In this document: positions 36,232 through 45,636 of the stretch, piece by piece
Layout: each line of letters begins with the position of its first letter
Position numbering within the stretch: position 1 is the stretch's first letter
NCBI GenBank assembly: GCA_041649835.1
Contig: JBAZML010000002.1
Location: 3,318-67,317 of the forward strand
Reading direction: 5' to 3'
DNA length: 64,000 nt
DNA from: Candidatus Shapirobacteria bacterium
Lineage (GTDB): Bacteria; Patescibacteriota; Microgenomatia; UBA12405
Made by a program: the position numbers and the translations under genes
The notes under the pieces: model-generated
Database searches by the model: none
Seen by the model: only the letters and a program-made list of their open reading frames with translations
Told to the model about the DNA's origin: nothing

Positions 36232-37998
36232 TTAGACTTCTGCGAAACTAGTCCCGGTTTTCGTGCCCACAAAGTGCAAGCGAATGTAGGTGATAGCGTA
36301 AACGGGTTTAACGTAAAAGTCTCCTCTTAGTTCTCCCTTTGCAATAGTTTCTGCTGTGTTATTGCTATCATCGCAAACAAGCTTGTAATCTTCAATGAGA
36401 CCCTTACCTTTAGCGTCCGCAAAAATTGGGGTTACGTCACTAAGGAACTGTTGACGCTTAATCGCGGTATTAGGTTCCTGTAAATAATACTTAGAAACGT
36501 CAGACACTTTCTTTTCAAGAATTAGAAAAGTTAGTCTACCATGTACATACCCGAAAATAGACTCTTTTTGTAACATGGTTTTCTGAGTCCAAATATATTT
36601 ACCTTGCCCAGCTAGACTTACAACGCTGTTAACATTATGCTTATAAATTTCGTCTCTTTCAGCTAAAGAAGGATTCCATGCTAGTCTACGAATGCCGTCT
36701 AATTTAGCTCTGTTCAAACCTGCTGGGGCTAATCCGCCTGCATCAACACACTTAACATATACGCCGGCTGCATAACCAGAGAACGGAACCCAACGATAAC
36801 GATTAGCATACTTATCTTTAATATCTATCCATGTACCATAAGCTGCAGCGTAACTAGAATTAAAGTCTGAGTAGGCTGCATAAAGACCTACACTCCAAGT
36901 TACCAAATCGTCGGCTTCATTTCCGACATTATTGATTACACTGGCACTTAGACAGTCTGGAATGAACATACAATCTTTACGAGTATTACATACCTGCATC
37001 ATTGTGAGCTTAGATGCATTAGGTTTATCACCATCAATAAATACATTGATGGTGTTATCTTCTGCATTAGCGTAGAGGTTAATTGCGGCATCCATTACTG
37101 TAGTAGAAGGAGCTTCGTTCCCATCAATGCCTGCGCCTACATTATCAGTATTTGTTCCGCCCCCAAGAACTTGCCAAGAAGAGGTTGCAAAATTAGCAAG
37201 AGCCTGGTTCTTATAAGTAGGATTGAGAGTAACTCTAATATAATCAGAATTTTCATTAATCTTACTTTCTACATACATTGCTTGAGAAAGGTCATCAACC
37301 TTTGTTTCATCTGTAGACACATTAAAAGCTTCTACAAAGGCCCAATTACTTTCTACAGTAGTGTCAGAACTTTGTAGACATTCTTGGACTATAACTAAGA
37401 ATTCCTTAGTAGATTCTAGTTGAGAATCTACACTACGAATAGCAGCATAAGTATCCCAAGATGCGTGAAGTTTTTGGCGAATTAAATCATAATTAGTTTT
37501 ATCACACACAGCAACTCTTAGATAATTACCAGAGTAGCCTCTATATGCAGCGATAATATACATTACATAAGGATCAGGACAAGCTACTTCATCAGCAAAA
37601 GCATCCGGATCAGAAATAGCCCCAACACCAGTACCCAATGTATAGGCTGTTGCTGAGGTCATTTCGCTAAAGGTAGCCGATGTTCCTACAGTTGCTTTTG
37701 TCCCAGAGAAAGTTGAAGAAGTTGGCATAACTCTTGTACAATAAAGATTATTAGAACTCTTTAAAAATCCTATAGCCGAAAACATATCACAGTAACACGG
37801 AGCATATGTGGTCGGGGTTCCAAACTTAGTTACTAAGTCTGTTTCATTTATTACTAAAATTGTGTCGTTTTCTCTACCTCTCCATGTATTCCTGAGAATA
37901 ATGGCACCAGCAGGCCCAGTTACTTCTTCGTTATACTGAGTTTGATCTTCCTCAGTTATAGAAATTTGCGGTGAAATTAAATCTACTAGTTCTGGCAT
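36232..37998 (-). CDS. gp18: tail sheath protein
   Basis: SPQISITEED, FGTP, RKDC, APAGLNR, CDDSNNT, YVKP. Confidence 0.95.
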   Translation of the reverse strand: MPELVDLISPQISITEEDQTQYNEEVTGPAGAIILRNTWRGRENDTILVINETDLVTKFGTPTTYAPCYCDMFSAIGFLKSSNNLYCTRVMPTSSTFSGTKATVGTSATFSEMTSATAYTLGTGVGAISDPDAFADEVACPDPYVMYIIAAYRGYSGNYLRVAVCDKTNYDLIRQKLHASWDTYAAIRSVDSQLESTKEFLVIVQECLQSSDTTVESNWAFVEAFNVSTDETKVDDLSQAMYVESKINENSDYIRVTLNPTYKNQALANFATSSWQVLGGGTNTDNVGAGIDGNEAPSTTVMDAAINLYANAEDNTINVFIDGDKPNASKLTMMQVCNTRKDCMFIPDCLSASVINNVGNEADDLVTWSVGLYAAYSDFNSSYAAAYGTWIDIKDKYANRYRWVPFSGYAAGVYVKCVDAGGLAPAGLNRAKLDGIRRLAWNPSLAERDEIYKHNVNSVVSLAGQGKYIWTQKTMLQKESIFGYVHGRLTFLILEKKVSDVSKYYLQEPNTAIKRQQFLSDVTPIFADAKGKGLIEDYKLVCDDSNNTAETIAKGELRGDFYVKPVYAITYIRLHFVGTKTGTSFAEV

Positions 37999-38195
37999 TG
38001 TTCAAATCTCCTTTGTCGGTGAACCGAAGGATCGTTCAGCTCACTCTTGTTTGGGTTATATGGTATAGACAACACATATTTAAAATTTTGTTTTGGGTCT
38101 AAAGGTCGGTAATTCGTACTAGAATGTTCGTCGTTAGTAGTCGTCGTTTGTATATAAGTATTTATTAAAAAATTTCAGATTTTATCAAAAAATTA

Positions 38196-38243
38196 GTTTC
38201 AGGGGCTTGATGAGTATGATATAATAAACTAAAAGCTTGGAGG
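38196..38243 (+). promoter_or_regulatory. repeated early promoter-RBS cassette
   Basis: GTTTCAG-N17-TATAATAAACTAAAAGCTTGGAGG. Confidence 0.8.
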
Positions 38244-38253
38244 AAAGGAAAAC

Positions 38254-38550
38254 ATGAGTAAATGGGTAAAGATGTGGAAATCATATAACAGTGGTCCTGG
38301 AGAACCTGTTTATTTTGAATTTGAAAAAAATGAAGATATTAAAAATCTAATAGAGTATTGGGAGGAAGAAGAGTATTGGGATGAAGGTTATTATGATATT
38401 CTATGGGAACAAATTGATAAACCTCCAAAGGAATGGCTTGAAAAGGAAATTAAAGAATACGCTAAAAAATCTAAAAATTTATACAAAAATTATCGCAGAG
38501 CCAAAATTGCTATAGAAGATACCATTAAAAATTATAAACTTCTTCTATGA
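38254..38550 (+). CDS. early hypothetical protein, paralog of 38907..39200
   Basis: WEQIDKPPKEWLEKEI. Confidence 0.75.
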   Translation: MSKWVKMWKSYNSGPGEPVYFEFEKNEDIKNLIEYWEEEEYWDEGYYDILWEQIDKPPKEWLEKEIKEYAKKSKNLYKNYRRAKIAIEDTIKNYKLLL

Positions 38551-38567
38551 TAAGGAGGTAGAGAAAT

Positions 38568-38753
38568 ATGAACCAGAAATTGCCTATGAGATATGATGTG
38601 GAATATGAGGGTGTACTTACTACGATCTATGAGGATATTTCCGGGGAATTTGAAACCTTAGTGGAAGCTAAGGAGGCGGCAATAAAACATTTACACGGCA
38701 TAATTGAAATGGCCGTATATCAAATAACCCACATTGCAGCAATGCAAAAATAA
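38568..38753 (+). CDS. hypothetical protein
   Basis: AAGGAGG RBS. Confidence 0.6.
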   Translation: MNQKLPMRYDVEYEGVLTTIYEDISGEFETLVEAKEAAIKHLHGIIEMAVYQITHIAAMQK

Positions 38754-38906
38754 ATTCTAGGAGGAAACTCTGATGGATAAGGAGCCTTTTGAAATTTGCG
38801 ATTGGTGCGGAGAAGGGGTACATTGGATCAATTCTCTGGGCTACTGTAAAAAATGTGTGGAGTGGCACATCAAGCAACACCATAAAGAAAATAAGGAGAA
38901 AGAAAA

Positions 38907-39200
38907 ATGTGGTTAAAAATATGGAGAGATAGTAGTGCAATGGCCGGGAGACCTCACTACGCCGAGTATGAAACTGAAAATGATATTGAGGGATTAATAG
39001 ATTATTTCGACGAAATGATTTATGGCGATGGCTACCATTATATTGAATGGGAAAAAATAGATAAACCCCCAATCGAATGGTTAAAGAAAGAAATACAGAG
39101 AAAAGCAGAAACACTAAAGAATTTATATGCTAACTATAAAGAGAACCGCCATAATTTACAAGAGTTTATTAAGCATTATAAATCTTTAATTAAATCATAG
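38907..39200 (+). CDS. early hypothetical protein, paralog of 38254..38550
   Basis: WEKIDKPPIEWLKKEI. Confidence 0.75.
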   Translation: MWLKIWRDSSAMAGRPHYAEYETENDIEGLIDYFDEMIYGDGYHYIEWEKIDKPPIEWLKKEIQRKAETLKNLYANYKENRHNLQEFIKHYKSLIKS

Positions 39201-39377
39201 GAGGTAAGAAAAATGGCTAAAAAGGCAAAAGGTTCTGCAGGGAATGGCAAGTCTGTTCGTAAAGTATTTTACTCTGTGTGGGACTACGAAAAGAAGGCCG
39301 AAATAAAAGTTTCTGAGCCTTCTAGGTCTGAACGTAATCGACGTATTAGACTAGGTTCTATAGTATAAGGAGGTAAA

Positions 39378-39560
39378 ATGGACATTTTTAATCCGTTTCC
39401 GTCTTTGGATAAAAATATAGAGGAGATTAAAAAATTGAGAGAGGCTTATGATCTTCTGGTTTCTATTCATCTTGAAATTGGGTCATATGGGCAAGGGAAA
39501 CTGTCTCAAGAACTTCTGTTTAAAATGAATGATTTCTTTGAGTTTGACGACTCTGAATAA
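39378..39560 (+). CDS. hypothetical protein
   Basis: AAGGAGG RBS, acidic FDDSE end. Confidence 0.65.
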   Translation: MDIFNPFPSLDKNIEEIKKLREAYDLLVSIHLEIGSYGQGKLSQELLFKMNDFFEFDDSE

Positions 39561-39572
39561 AGGAGATAGTAC

Positions 39573-39776
39573 ATGTCTAGTCCCAATATACAGTTACTAA
39601 AGGCCACTTTAGAAAATCTTGCAAAAGAACTAAAATCTAATAGACCAATGATTTACGGAATAGATGGTGCATGGGCTCAAGGATACCAAGGGGGCCAATG
39701 GGATGCCGGATTTCATATTGAGGAATTACTAAAAGACTTTTTTGATTATGAAAAACCTGTTTCAGAAACCTCTTAG
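39573..39776 (+). CDS. hypothetical protein
   Basis: AAGGAG RBS. Confidence 0.6.
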   Translation: MSSPNIQLLKATLENLAKELKSNRPMIYGIDGAWAQGYQGGQWDAGFHIEELLKDFFDYEKPVSETS

Positions 39777-39806
39777 GTATGTTATAATAAACTAAAACTT
39801 TGGAGG
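39759..39806 (+). promoter_or_regulatory. repeated early promoter-RBS cassette
   Basis: GTTTCAGAAACCTCTTAGGTATGTTATAATAAACTAAAACTTTGGAGG. Confidence 0.85.
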
Positions 39807-39813
39807 TAAAAGG

Positions 39814-40107
39814 GTGATTAAAGTTTATCATAATAAAAATTTCCTTAATATTCCTTCATGGAAATGGGGTACTGAAGTTAAACCTGAAATCGTAGATTTA
39901 AAATGGGTGGCAACAGTCGATACGGACGATCTTAATGCGGCTTTTGAAAAAACGAACCATATTGATTGCGCATGGGAATATAATGAAGAAGTAAGTTCTT
40001 GTCTTATTAAACAAAGGTCTACTTCTTGTGGAGATGTCCTTATACATGGAGATAAAGCGTATGTGGTTGCGGCTGTAGGGTTTGTCGAGATTGATAACCT
40101 TTATTAG
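39814..40107 (+). CDS. YodL-like hypothetical protein
   Basis: AFEKTNH...RSTSCGDV...GF pattern. Confidence 0.6.
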   Translation: MIKVYHNKNFLNIPSWKWGTEVKPEIVDLKWVATVDTDDLNAAFEKTNHIDCAWEYNEEVSSCLIKQRSTSCGDVLIHGDKAYVVAAVGFVEIDNLY

Positions 40108-40115
40108 GTTATTTA

Positions 40116-40160
40116 GTTTCAGAATTTAGGTTAATGTATTATAAACTAAAACTTTGGAGG
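40116..40160 (+). promoter_or_regulatory. degenerate copy of early cassette
   Basis: GTTTCAGAA...TATTATAAACTAAAACTTTGGAGG. Confidence 0.7.
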
Positions 40161-40165
40161 TTGCC

Positions 40166-40414
40166 GTGAACCGAAAACAATTTATAGAACTTGTTAAAGA
40201 AGCCGAAAAAGGCTCGGTTTACAAAGATGAAGCAGATCTTTGGGAATCTTTGCGGCCGTTTGATGGACTGGCTCTCCATAAAGAAAGAAGGATGGCAACC
40301 AAAAAAGCGGTAATTAATTTCATTCGTTATCAAGCCCTCCAAATGAACGGTAATTGGGACTGGGATGAACTTGAAACCCTTCAATATTGTTTTCGTAGAG
40401 TGGATCTAATTTAG
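40166..40414 (+). CDS. hypothetical protein
   Basis: GTG start after the cassette GGAGG. Confidence 0.65.
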   Translation: MNRKQFIELVKEAEKGSVYKDEADLWESLRPFDGLALHKERRMATKKAVINFIRYQALQMNGNWDWDELETLQYCFRRVDLI

Positions 40415-40424
40415 AGGAGGTATT

Positions 40425-40673
40425 ATGTTAATCACCAAAAAATATGTTGACAAAATCGCACCATTTCACGGAAGGACTTCCTGTGACGATATTAATAGAA
40501 ATAATGCTTATGGTGGGTGGGATAAAACATATAATTCAAAAACCGGAGCAAAAAATATTATACTTCCTCGTTGTGCTCGATGTTATCTTCTTGATTCTAT
40601 TGGGTGTGATACTATGGACTTAGAATTTGAACCTGTAGTTGAAGTTTGGTTGAAGTATAAAGGAGAACGGTAA
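40425..40673 (+). CDS. hypothetical protein
   Basis: GGAGG RBS, H..TSC..CARC motif. Confidence 0.65.
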   Translation: MLITKKYVDKIAPFHGRTSCDDINRNNAYGGWDKTYNSKTGAKNIILPRCARCYLLDSIGCDTMDLEFEPVVEVWLKYKGER

Positions 40674-40675
40674 TC

Positions 40676-40975
40676 ATGAATAAAGTGGTCATTCCCAACT
40701 ACAGATTTTCCAATTGGAGCCGAGGTCAAAGCAAACCAGGTTCTTGGAAAATAGTATTGGAATATGACCCAAAAGATGTACCTAAGGATATTGTCTTAAC
40801 AGAAAAAGCGAAAGAAGTTTGGAAAAAGGAAAAGAGTATTTTTGGATATGCAAACTTTCGAGGACTTAAAACTGGAGACATATTATCTATAATCTCAGCA
40901 GCAAGGCGATCCGAGGTAAATTTAGGCGCTTCAAGAATGGGTTGGGTATGTTCATATAAAATTAAGGATCGTTAA
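40676..40975 (+). CDS. hypothetical protein
   Basis: 99 aa with AGGAG RBS. Confidence 0.6.
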   Translation: MNKVVIPNYRFSNWSRGQSKPGSWKIVLEYDPKDVPKDIVLTEKAKEVWKKEKSIFGYANFRGLKTGDILSIISAARRSEVNLGASRMGWVCSYKIKDR

Positions 40976-41541
40976 TATGGAAAAATGGCAAAAAAGAATG
41001 CAAATGCTTAAAAGGTTTAAAAAAGCTAGACTGAAAAAGAAACTTATTAAGAGATGTCTGTTATGTGGTCAAATAATTTCAGAGGAGAGATAAAATGAAC
41101 CATAAAATAAATAAAATATTTGTTGCGTTGAACGATACAGCCAAAAAGAGACACATCAAAATCCGAGATCTTCAATATGAAGAGATTTCCCAAATAGTAA
41201 AAACTTATTCTGCTAGTGAAGAAGATTTTTATTTTTTATGGGAAAGTATTATGAAAACCGGACTTGTAAAATAATTTTTGGAGGATCACTATGGAAGACA
41301 AAGAATACGCAAAAAATCAAATTGTAATTCATTCTCTATTAGCTCAATGGTGGATGACCAGAGCACTTAGCTGAGAGGTTAAACGGATGGATTTATATCA
41401 CGTTGAGGGAAGTTATGGAGAGTATCCTAGAGATGAGTTCGCCAATGAAGAAAAGGTTTCTTATGCTGTTGATGCAGCCAAAAGGCAGATAGACATTATA
41501 AAAGATATTAATGATAAGGTTTTTGGGAGGGATGGTAGTTT

Positions 41542-42060
41542 ATGAAATTATTATTTTGTGAAAAATGCGGAGAAATTATTCCTATACCGGCCCCTAAAAA
41601 TAAAATAATATATTGTTCATGTGGTAATATTGGAGGAATATATCAAGATAATTGCGTTTATGCAAATATATATCTGAGGGATGAAGAATCGTTTCATACA
41701 TCCAAAGTTTTGGGTTTGAATAATTCAATATTATTAGGACTAGAAAAACAAATAGTTTGTAATGTAGGTGAATGGAATGACAGTCAACTATCAATATTTG
41801 TTGATGGGACTCCTATCAAATATGAGGAAATTAAATGGCCTACATACACTGGTTCGGATTTGGGATCAGCCTTTAATTATTTGTTAAAAGAGATAGGTAA
41901 AGAATTAAAAGATATAAGTTTCATAAAGGATCAAAAAATAAAGTTTAAGGATGGAGGATATGTACTATTAGCTGAACAACCGGCAAACAAGGATTTTATT
42001 TATGTTTCCGTACAGAAAAAAGACGGATATTTGATAGAAACTAAGCTTTTAAGATATTAA
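41542..42060 (+). CDS. hypothetical protein with N-terminal Zn motif
   Basis: MKLLFCEKC...CSCG. Confidence 0.65.
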   Translation: MKLLFCEKCGEIIPIPAPKNKIIYCSCGNIGGIYQDNCVYANIYLRDEESFHTSKVLGLNNSILLGLEKQIVCNVGEWNDSQLSIFVDGTPIKYEEIKWPTYTGSDLGSAFNYLLKEIGKELKDISFIKDQKIKFKDGGYVLLAEQPANKDFIYVSVQKKDGYLIETKLLRY

Positions 42061-42075
42061 GGAGAAGAAAAAAAA

Positions 42076-42900
42076 GTGATATGCTATTTTCATGAAGACT
42101 TGGATGGGATATGTTCAGCGGCCATTATAAAACACAAATATCCATGGGTGGAACTTATTCCTTTAAATTATGGAGATGATTACGATGAAAAAATCTTCTC
42201 TAGAAATTTTAAAAATGAAACTATTTTTTTTGTAGATATAACCACACAACCGGTATCCATAATGAGTGAGTTGACTATATTAAACCGAGTGATTATTCTC
42301 GATCACCACATCACCGCCATTAATAATATTAAAGCTTTGAATTGGGAGCCTGAAGGTATTTTAGACACATCAAAAGCTGGTTGCGAGTTAGCTTGGCAAT
42401 ATTGTTTTCCATATCAAGAACTTCCACTTCCTGTTTATTATCTTGGAAGGTATGATGTTTGGGATCATAGTAACGAATTAACTTTACCGTTTCAGTATGG
42501 TATGAGACTATTAAATTTGGCACCAGATTCACATTATTGGAAATATCTTTTTGCTGGGCATAAAGACTCCTATGCCCTAATCATCGAAGACGGAGAACTT
42601 GTTATTGAGTGGGAAAAAACTCAAAATGCTAAAAGGGCAGCAAACGCCTTTGAAGCAGAGTTTGAAGGCTTAAGAGCTATCGTTTGTAATGGGGATAGTG
42701 GTTCACCTTTGTTTGATTCAGTATATAATGAAGATAAACATGATATTATGGTTAGTTTTATATACACGAAAAATAAAGTTTGGACCTATGGTCTTTATTC
42801 TACAAAGCCAGATGTGAATTGCGGAGAAATAGCTAAGAGGCGTGGGGGTGGGGGCCATTTTTCAGCGTCAGGATTTCAAAGTAAAAAATTCTTGTTTTGA
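42076..42900 (+). CDS. DHH/DHHA1 family phosphoesterase
   Basis: DLDG, VD, LDHH, GGGGHFSASGF. Confidence 0.92.
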   Translation: MICYFHEDLDGICSAAIIKHKYPWVELIPLNYGDDYDEKIFSRNFKNETIFFVDITTQPVSIMSELTILNRVIILDHHITAINNIKALNWEPEGILDTSKAGCELAWQYCFPYQELPLPVYYLGRYDVWDHSNELTLPFQYGMRLLNLAPDSHYWKYLFAGHKDSYALIIEDGELVIEWEKTQNAKRAANAFEAEFEGLRAIVCNGDSGSPLFDSVYNEDKHDIMVSFIYTKNKVWTYGLYSTKPDVNCGEIAKRRGGGGHFSASGFQSKKFLF

Positions 42901-42912
42901 AGGAGTTAACAA

Positions 42913-43119
42913 ATGAAACTGGGTAAAATTCAATCATGTGGAAACATATGTTATGTATCTACCTCAATCGATGAAGTAACTTTAACGTTTGGTAGAGGTG
43001 AACTTGATGAGTGGGGGTTTTGGGAAATTCCATGCGAAATATGTGCTCAGAACCATAAAAAAGCTTATCCTAATGATTTGGTTTGGCCGGATAAAGATAT
43101 ATGTGATGAGCCTAGTTAA
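42913..43119 (+). CDS. hypothetical protein
   Basis: AAGGAG RBS, 68 aa. Confidence 0.6.
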   Translation: MKLGKIQSCGNICYVSTSIDEVTLTFGRGELDEWGFWEIPCEICAQNHKKAYPNDLVWPDKDICDEPS

Positions 43120-43317
43120 AGGAGAATATTAATGAGATTCCCAAGTAAAAAATCTTCAGGAAAATTTCCTAACAAACTAATATTTGCGTTTTTGCCGCGT
43201 AGGTGTACGAAGTGTAGAGACACTATATGGTTGGAAGGTATTATTAAATCTTGGTATTATGGACTTAATAGATTTACATGTCTAAAATGTTATAGTAATG
43301 AATAGAGGAGTTATTAA

Positions 43318-43533
43318 ATGAAATATGAGCCGGAATGTGATATGATGTGGGACAAAAATGGGTACATAGCTCGTAGATATTGGGATAATGTATTTTGTAA
43401 ATTCTGTGGAGCTCCATTAAGCCCTAATGAGAGTTATGGTGAAGGTCCAGGCGATGGACCTGGAATGTGTATAGAATGTGTAAGAATTATTTTTAATGAA
43501 GTAGAGGAGGAGATGACAAATGCAGAAACTTAG
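43318..43533 (+). CDS. zinc-finger hypothetical protein
   Basis: CKFC...CIEC. Confidence 0.55.
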   Translation: MKYEPECDMMWDKNGYIARRYWDNVFCKFCGAPLSPNESYGEGPGDGPGMCIECVRIIFNEVEEEMTNAET

Positions 43534-43981
43534 AGATTTTTGCGCTATAGAAATTATGGAATGGGTTCCTCCAAAACAATTACCGGAAGGAAGATATTAT
43601 GATGTTAAAGAAAATGAAGAACTAGGTATTGGATATACTATAGGCTGGAGACATGAAGATGGCACTTTTTACTCCAATAAAGAACTAGAACCCTACGAAT
43701 ATTGGAGAACAAAAAATGGGGAAATTGTTAAGGCCCCATGGGGTGGGTATCTTACTAGGGGACAATATACAAGATGGCAACCAGATAATATTTATAATGG
43801 GCAAGCTTTTCTATTAATTGATAAGATCAGAGAAACTAGAAGTGTAGAAATTTATTTTCATAAGAGCAATGGTCTTGATGATGGAGTTTCTGTAAGAATA
43901 GATGATGGGTCATGGTGGTGGGATAAAAGTCTATTTTTAGTTTTGATTAATGCCTATACGGGGATGACATATGGATATTAA
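43520..43981 (+). CDS. hypothetical protein
   Basis: 153 aa, GGAGG RBS. Confidence 0.6.
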   Translation: MQKLRDFCAIEIMEWVPPKQLPEGRYYDVKENEELGIGYTIGWRHEDGTFYSNKELEPYEYWRTKNGEIVKAPWGGYLTRGQYTRWQPDNIYNGQAFLLIDKIRETRSVEIYFHKSNGLDDGVSVRIDDGSWWWDKSLFLVLINAYTGMTYGY

Positions 43982-44133
43982 AAAAGTTCAAAATGCTTTG
44001 TTAGGACTAGCTTTATCTGAACATAAGGGAGAAGTAAATGACGAAATTCCGATTTTATGTGAGGCTTTAGGTATTTTGTGTAAATGGTCAGATAAATGGG
44101 AAAGATACATATTCTCATGGGAGTCAATATGGT

Positions 44134-44400
44134 ATGAATCAGAAGACTAAGAACATAATTAAAGGAATTCTTCTCATAGCTGTTCCTTTAATTATAATTA
44201 TTGTGATAGGATACTATTATGTTCAAAACACTTTTAATTCCACTATGTCGCCAATAACAAAAGGATTTGGAGGAATTACAATAAACAATCCTCCAGTAGG
44301 GCTATTTGATAGTTTAGCACAAATACTTATAGGACTAGGTATTTGTCTTTCAAGTGTTTGTTGGGGTGTAGCTAAAGTTATTAAAGCATTGAGAACTTAG
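44134..44400 (+). CDS. two-TM membrane protein
   Basis: Two hydrophobic segments. Confidence 0.6.
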   Translation: MNQKTKNIIKGILLIAVPLIIIIVIGYYYVQNTFNSTMSPITKGFGGITINNPPVGLFDSLAQILIGLGICLSSVCWGVAKVIKALRT

Positions 44401-44409
44401 GAGATTAAA

Positions 44410-44625
44410 ATGGCTGGATATATTGGAAAAGTAAAATTGGATAAGGAAATTGTAGAAGGGTTTTTATTAATAGAACAAGATGAGCGTTACGATGAATATT
44501 ATGCAATGAAAATAGATGATGAATTATATCACGTTTATGGGGTTAATTTGCCTCGGTTTATTACAAGACTTGACAATTATAATTTAGAACAGTATATAGA
44601 AAAAGTGCCTAATGGCCTACTATAG
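44410..44625 (+). CDS. hypothetical protein
   Basis: AGGAG RBS. Confidence 0.55.
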   Translation: MAGYIGKVKLDKEIVEGFLLIEQDERYDEYYAMKIDDELYHVYGVNLPRFITRLDNYNLEQYIEKVPNGLL

Positions 44626-45250
44626 TTCAAAAGGCTCTCAGCTTCCCTCAGTCACAACTTTAATAGGGAGATATATTAATAAACCTTATTTAGCTAAGTG
44701 GGCTAGAGACTTAATGAGAGATTATTCTCTAGATTTTGAAAAAGAGTCCAGAATAGCCACAGAAATTGGTACAATAGCTCATGAAATGGTAGAATTAGAC
44801 CTTTTAGGACTACCATTAAAAGTATATCCTAAGAAATCTAAGGACCATATTAAACATGCTTTAATTGCCTATTCCGCTTGGGAGAAGTGGAAAGAATATC
44901 ATAAAATTGATAAGTTGCTAGGAACAGAAATAAAATTGACTTCAGAAGAGTATGGATTTGGGGGAACTATTGATATTCCTGCGGTAATTAATTCAAAAAA
45001 TACTATATTAGATCTTAAAACATCTAAGTCTATTAGTATAGAGTATCAGATTCAAATTGCCGCGTATGGTAAATTATGGGATGAAAATAATCCAGATACT
45101 AAAATTGAGAGATACGAAATTTTAAGACTTGATAAGTATTCTGGAGAATATGAATACGTAGGATGGGATGAATTAGAAAAACCTTGGAAGATTTTTAAAT
45201 ATTTTCTAGAAATAGACAAATTATTAAAAGAACTTGGGTATCAATTTTAG
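44612..45250 (+). CDS. PD-(D/E)XK exonuclease
   Basis: PSVTT, GTIAH, E, GTID, DLKTS, QIAAY. Confidence 0.88.
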   Translation: MAYYSSKGSQLPSVTTLIGRYINKPYLAKWARDLMRDYSLDFEKESRIATEIGTIAHEMVELDLLGLPLKVYPKKSKDHIKHALIAYSAWEKWKEYHKIDKLLGTEIKLTSEEYGFGGTIDIPAVINSKNTILDLKTSKSISIEYQIQIAAYGKLWDENNPDTKIERYEILRLDKYSGEYEYVGWDELEKPWKIFKYFLEIDKLLKELGYQF

Positions 45251-45299
45251 TTTCAGAAATTATCTAAACATGTTATAATAAACTAAAACTCTTTGGAGG
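45250..45299 (+). promoter_or_regulatory. repeated early promoter-RBS cassette
   Basis: GTTTCAGAAATTATCTAAACATGTTATAATAAACTAAAACTCTTTGGAGG. Confidence 0.85.
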
Positions 45300-45304
45300 C
45301 TATT

Positions 45305-45610
45305 ATGAGTTATATGAGTGACAATATCCGAGAAGGTAAATATGATAATAAGCTTCCATTTGTATCTAGGAAAAAAGATCCAGAAGCGTACAAAGAATAT
45401 AATCAGGAGACTTCTCGTCTTCTAGACCTTTTTATTGATGACCTTGAAAAAGAGTATGATACCTCTAAACTCAAAGGAAAAGATAAGATTTTTGCATACG
45501 CTTGGGAACAAGGTCATGCGTACGGGTTTAGCGAAGTTGTAATTCACTATGAGGAAATTGCCGCTCTTGTTGTTGAAGTGATGTTGGCAAATCTTCCAGA
45601 CAAGAAATAA
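45305..45610 (+). CDS. phage hypothetical protein (AWEQGHAYG motif)
   Basis: AWExGHxxG motif common in small phage proteins. Start after the cassette RBS. Confidence 0.7.
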   Translation: MSYMSDNIREGKYDNKLPFVSRKKDPEAYKEYNQETSRLLDLFIDDLEKEYDTSKLKGKDKIFAYAWEQGHAYGFSEVVIHYEEIAALVVEVMLANLPDKK

Positions 45611-45636
45611 ACTAGAATTCTTTGGAGGAACCGATA

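Noticed and set aside
44612-45250. Cas4-like nuclease
   Set aside because: It lacks the four-Cys Fe-S motif, so it is an ordinary phage PD-(D/E)XK exonuclease.
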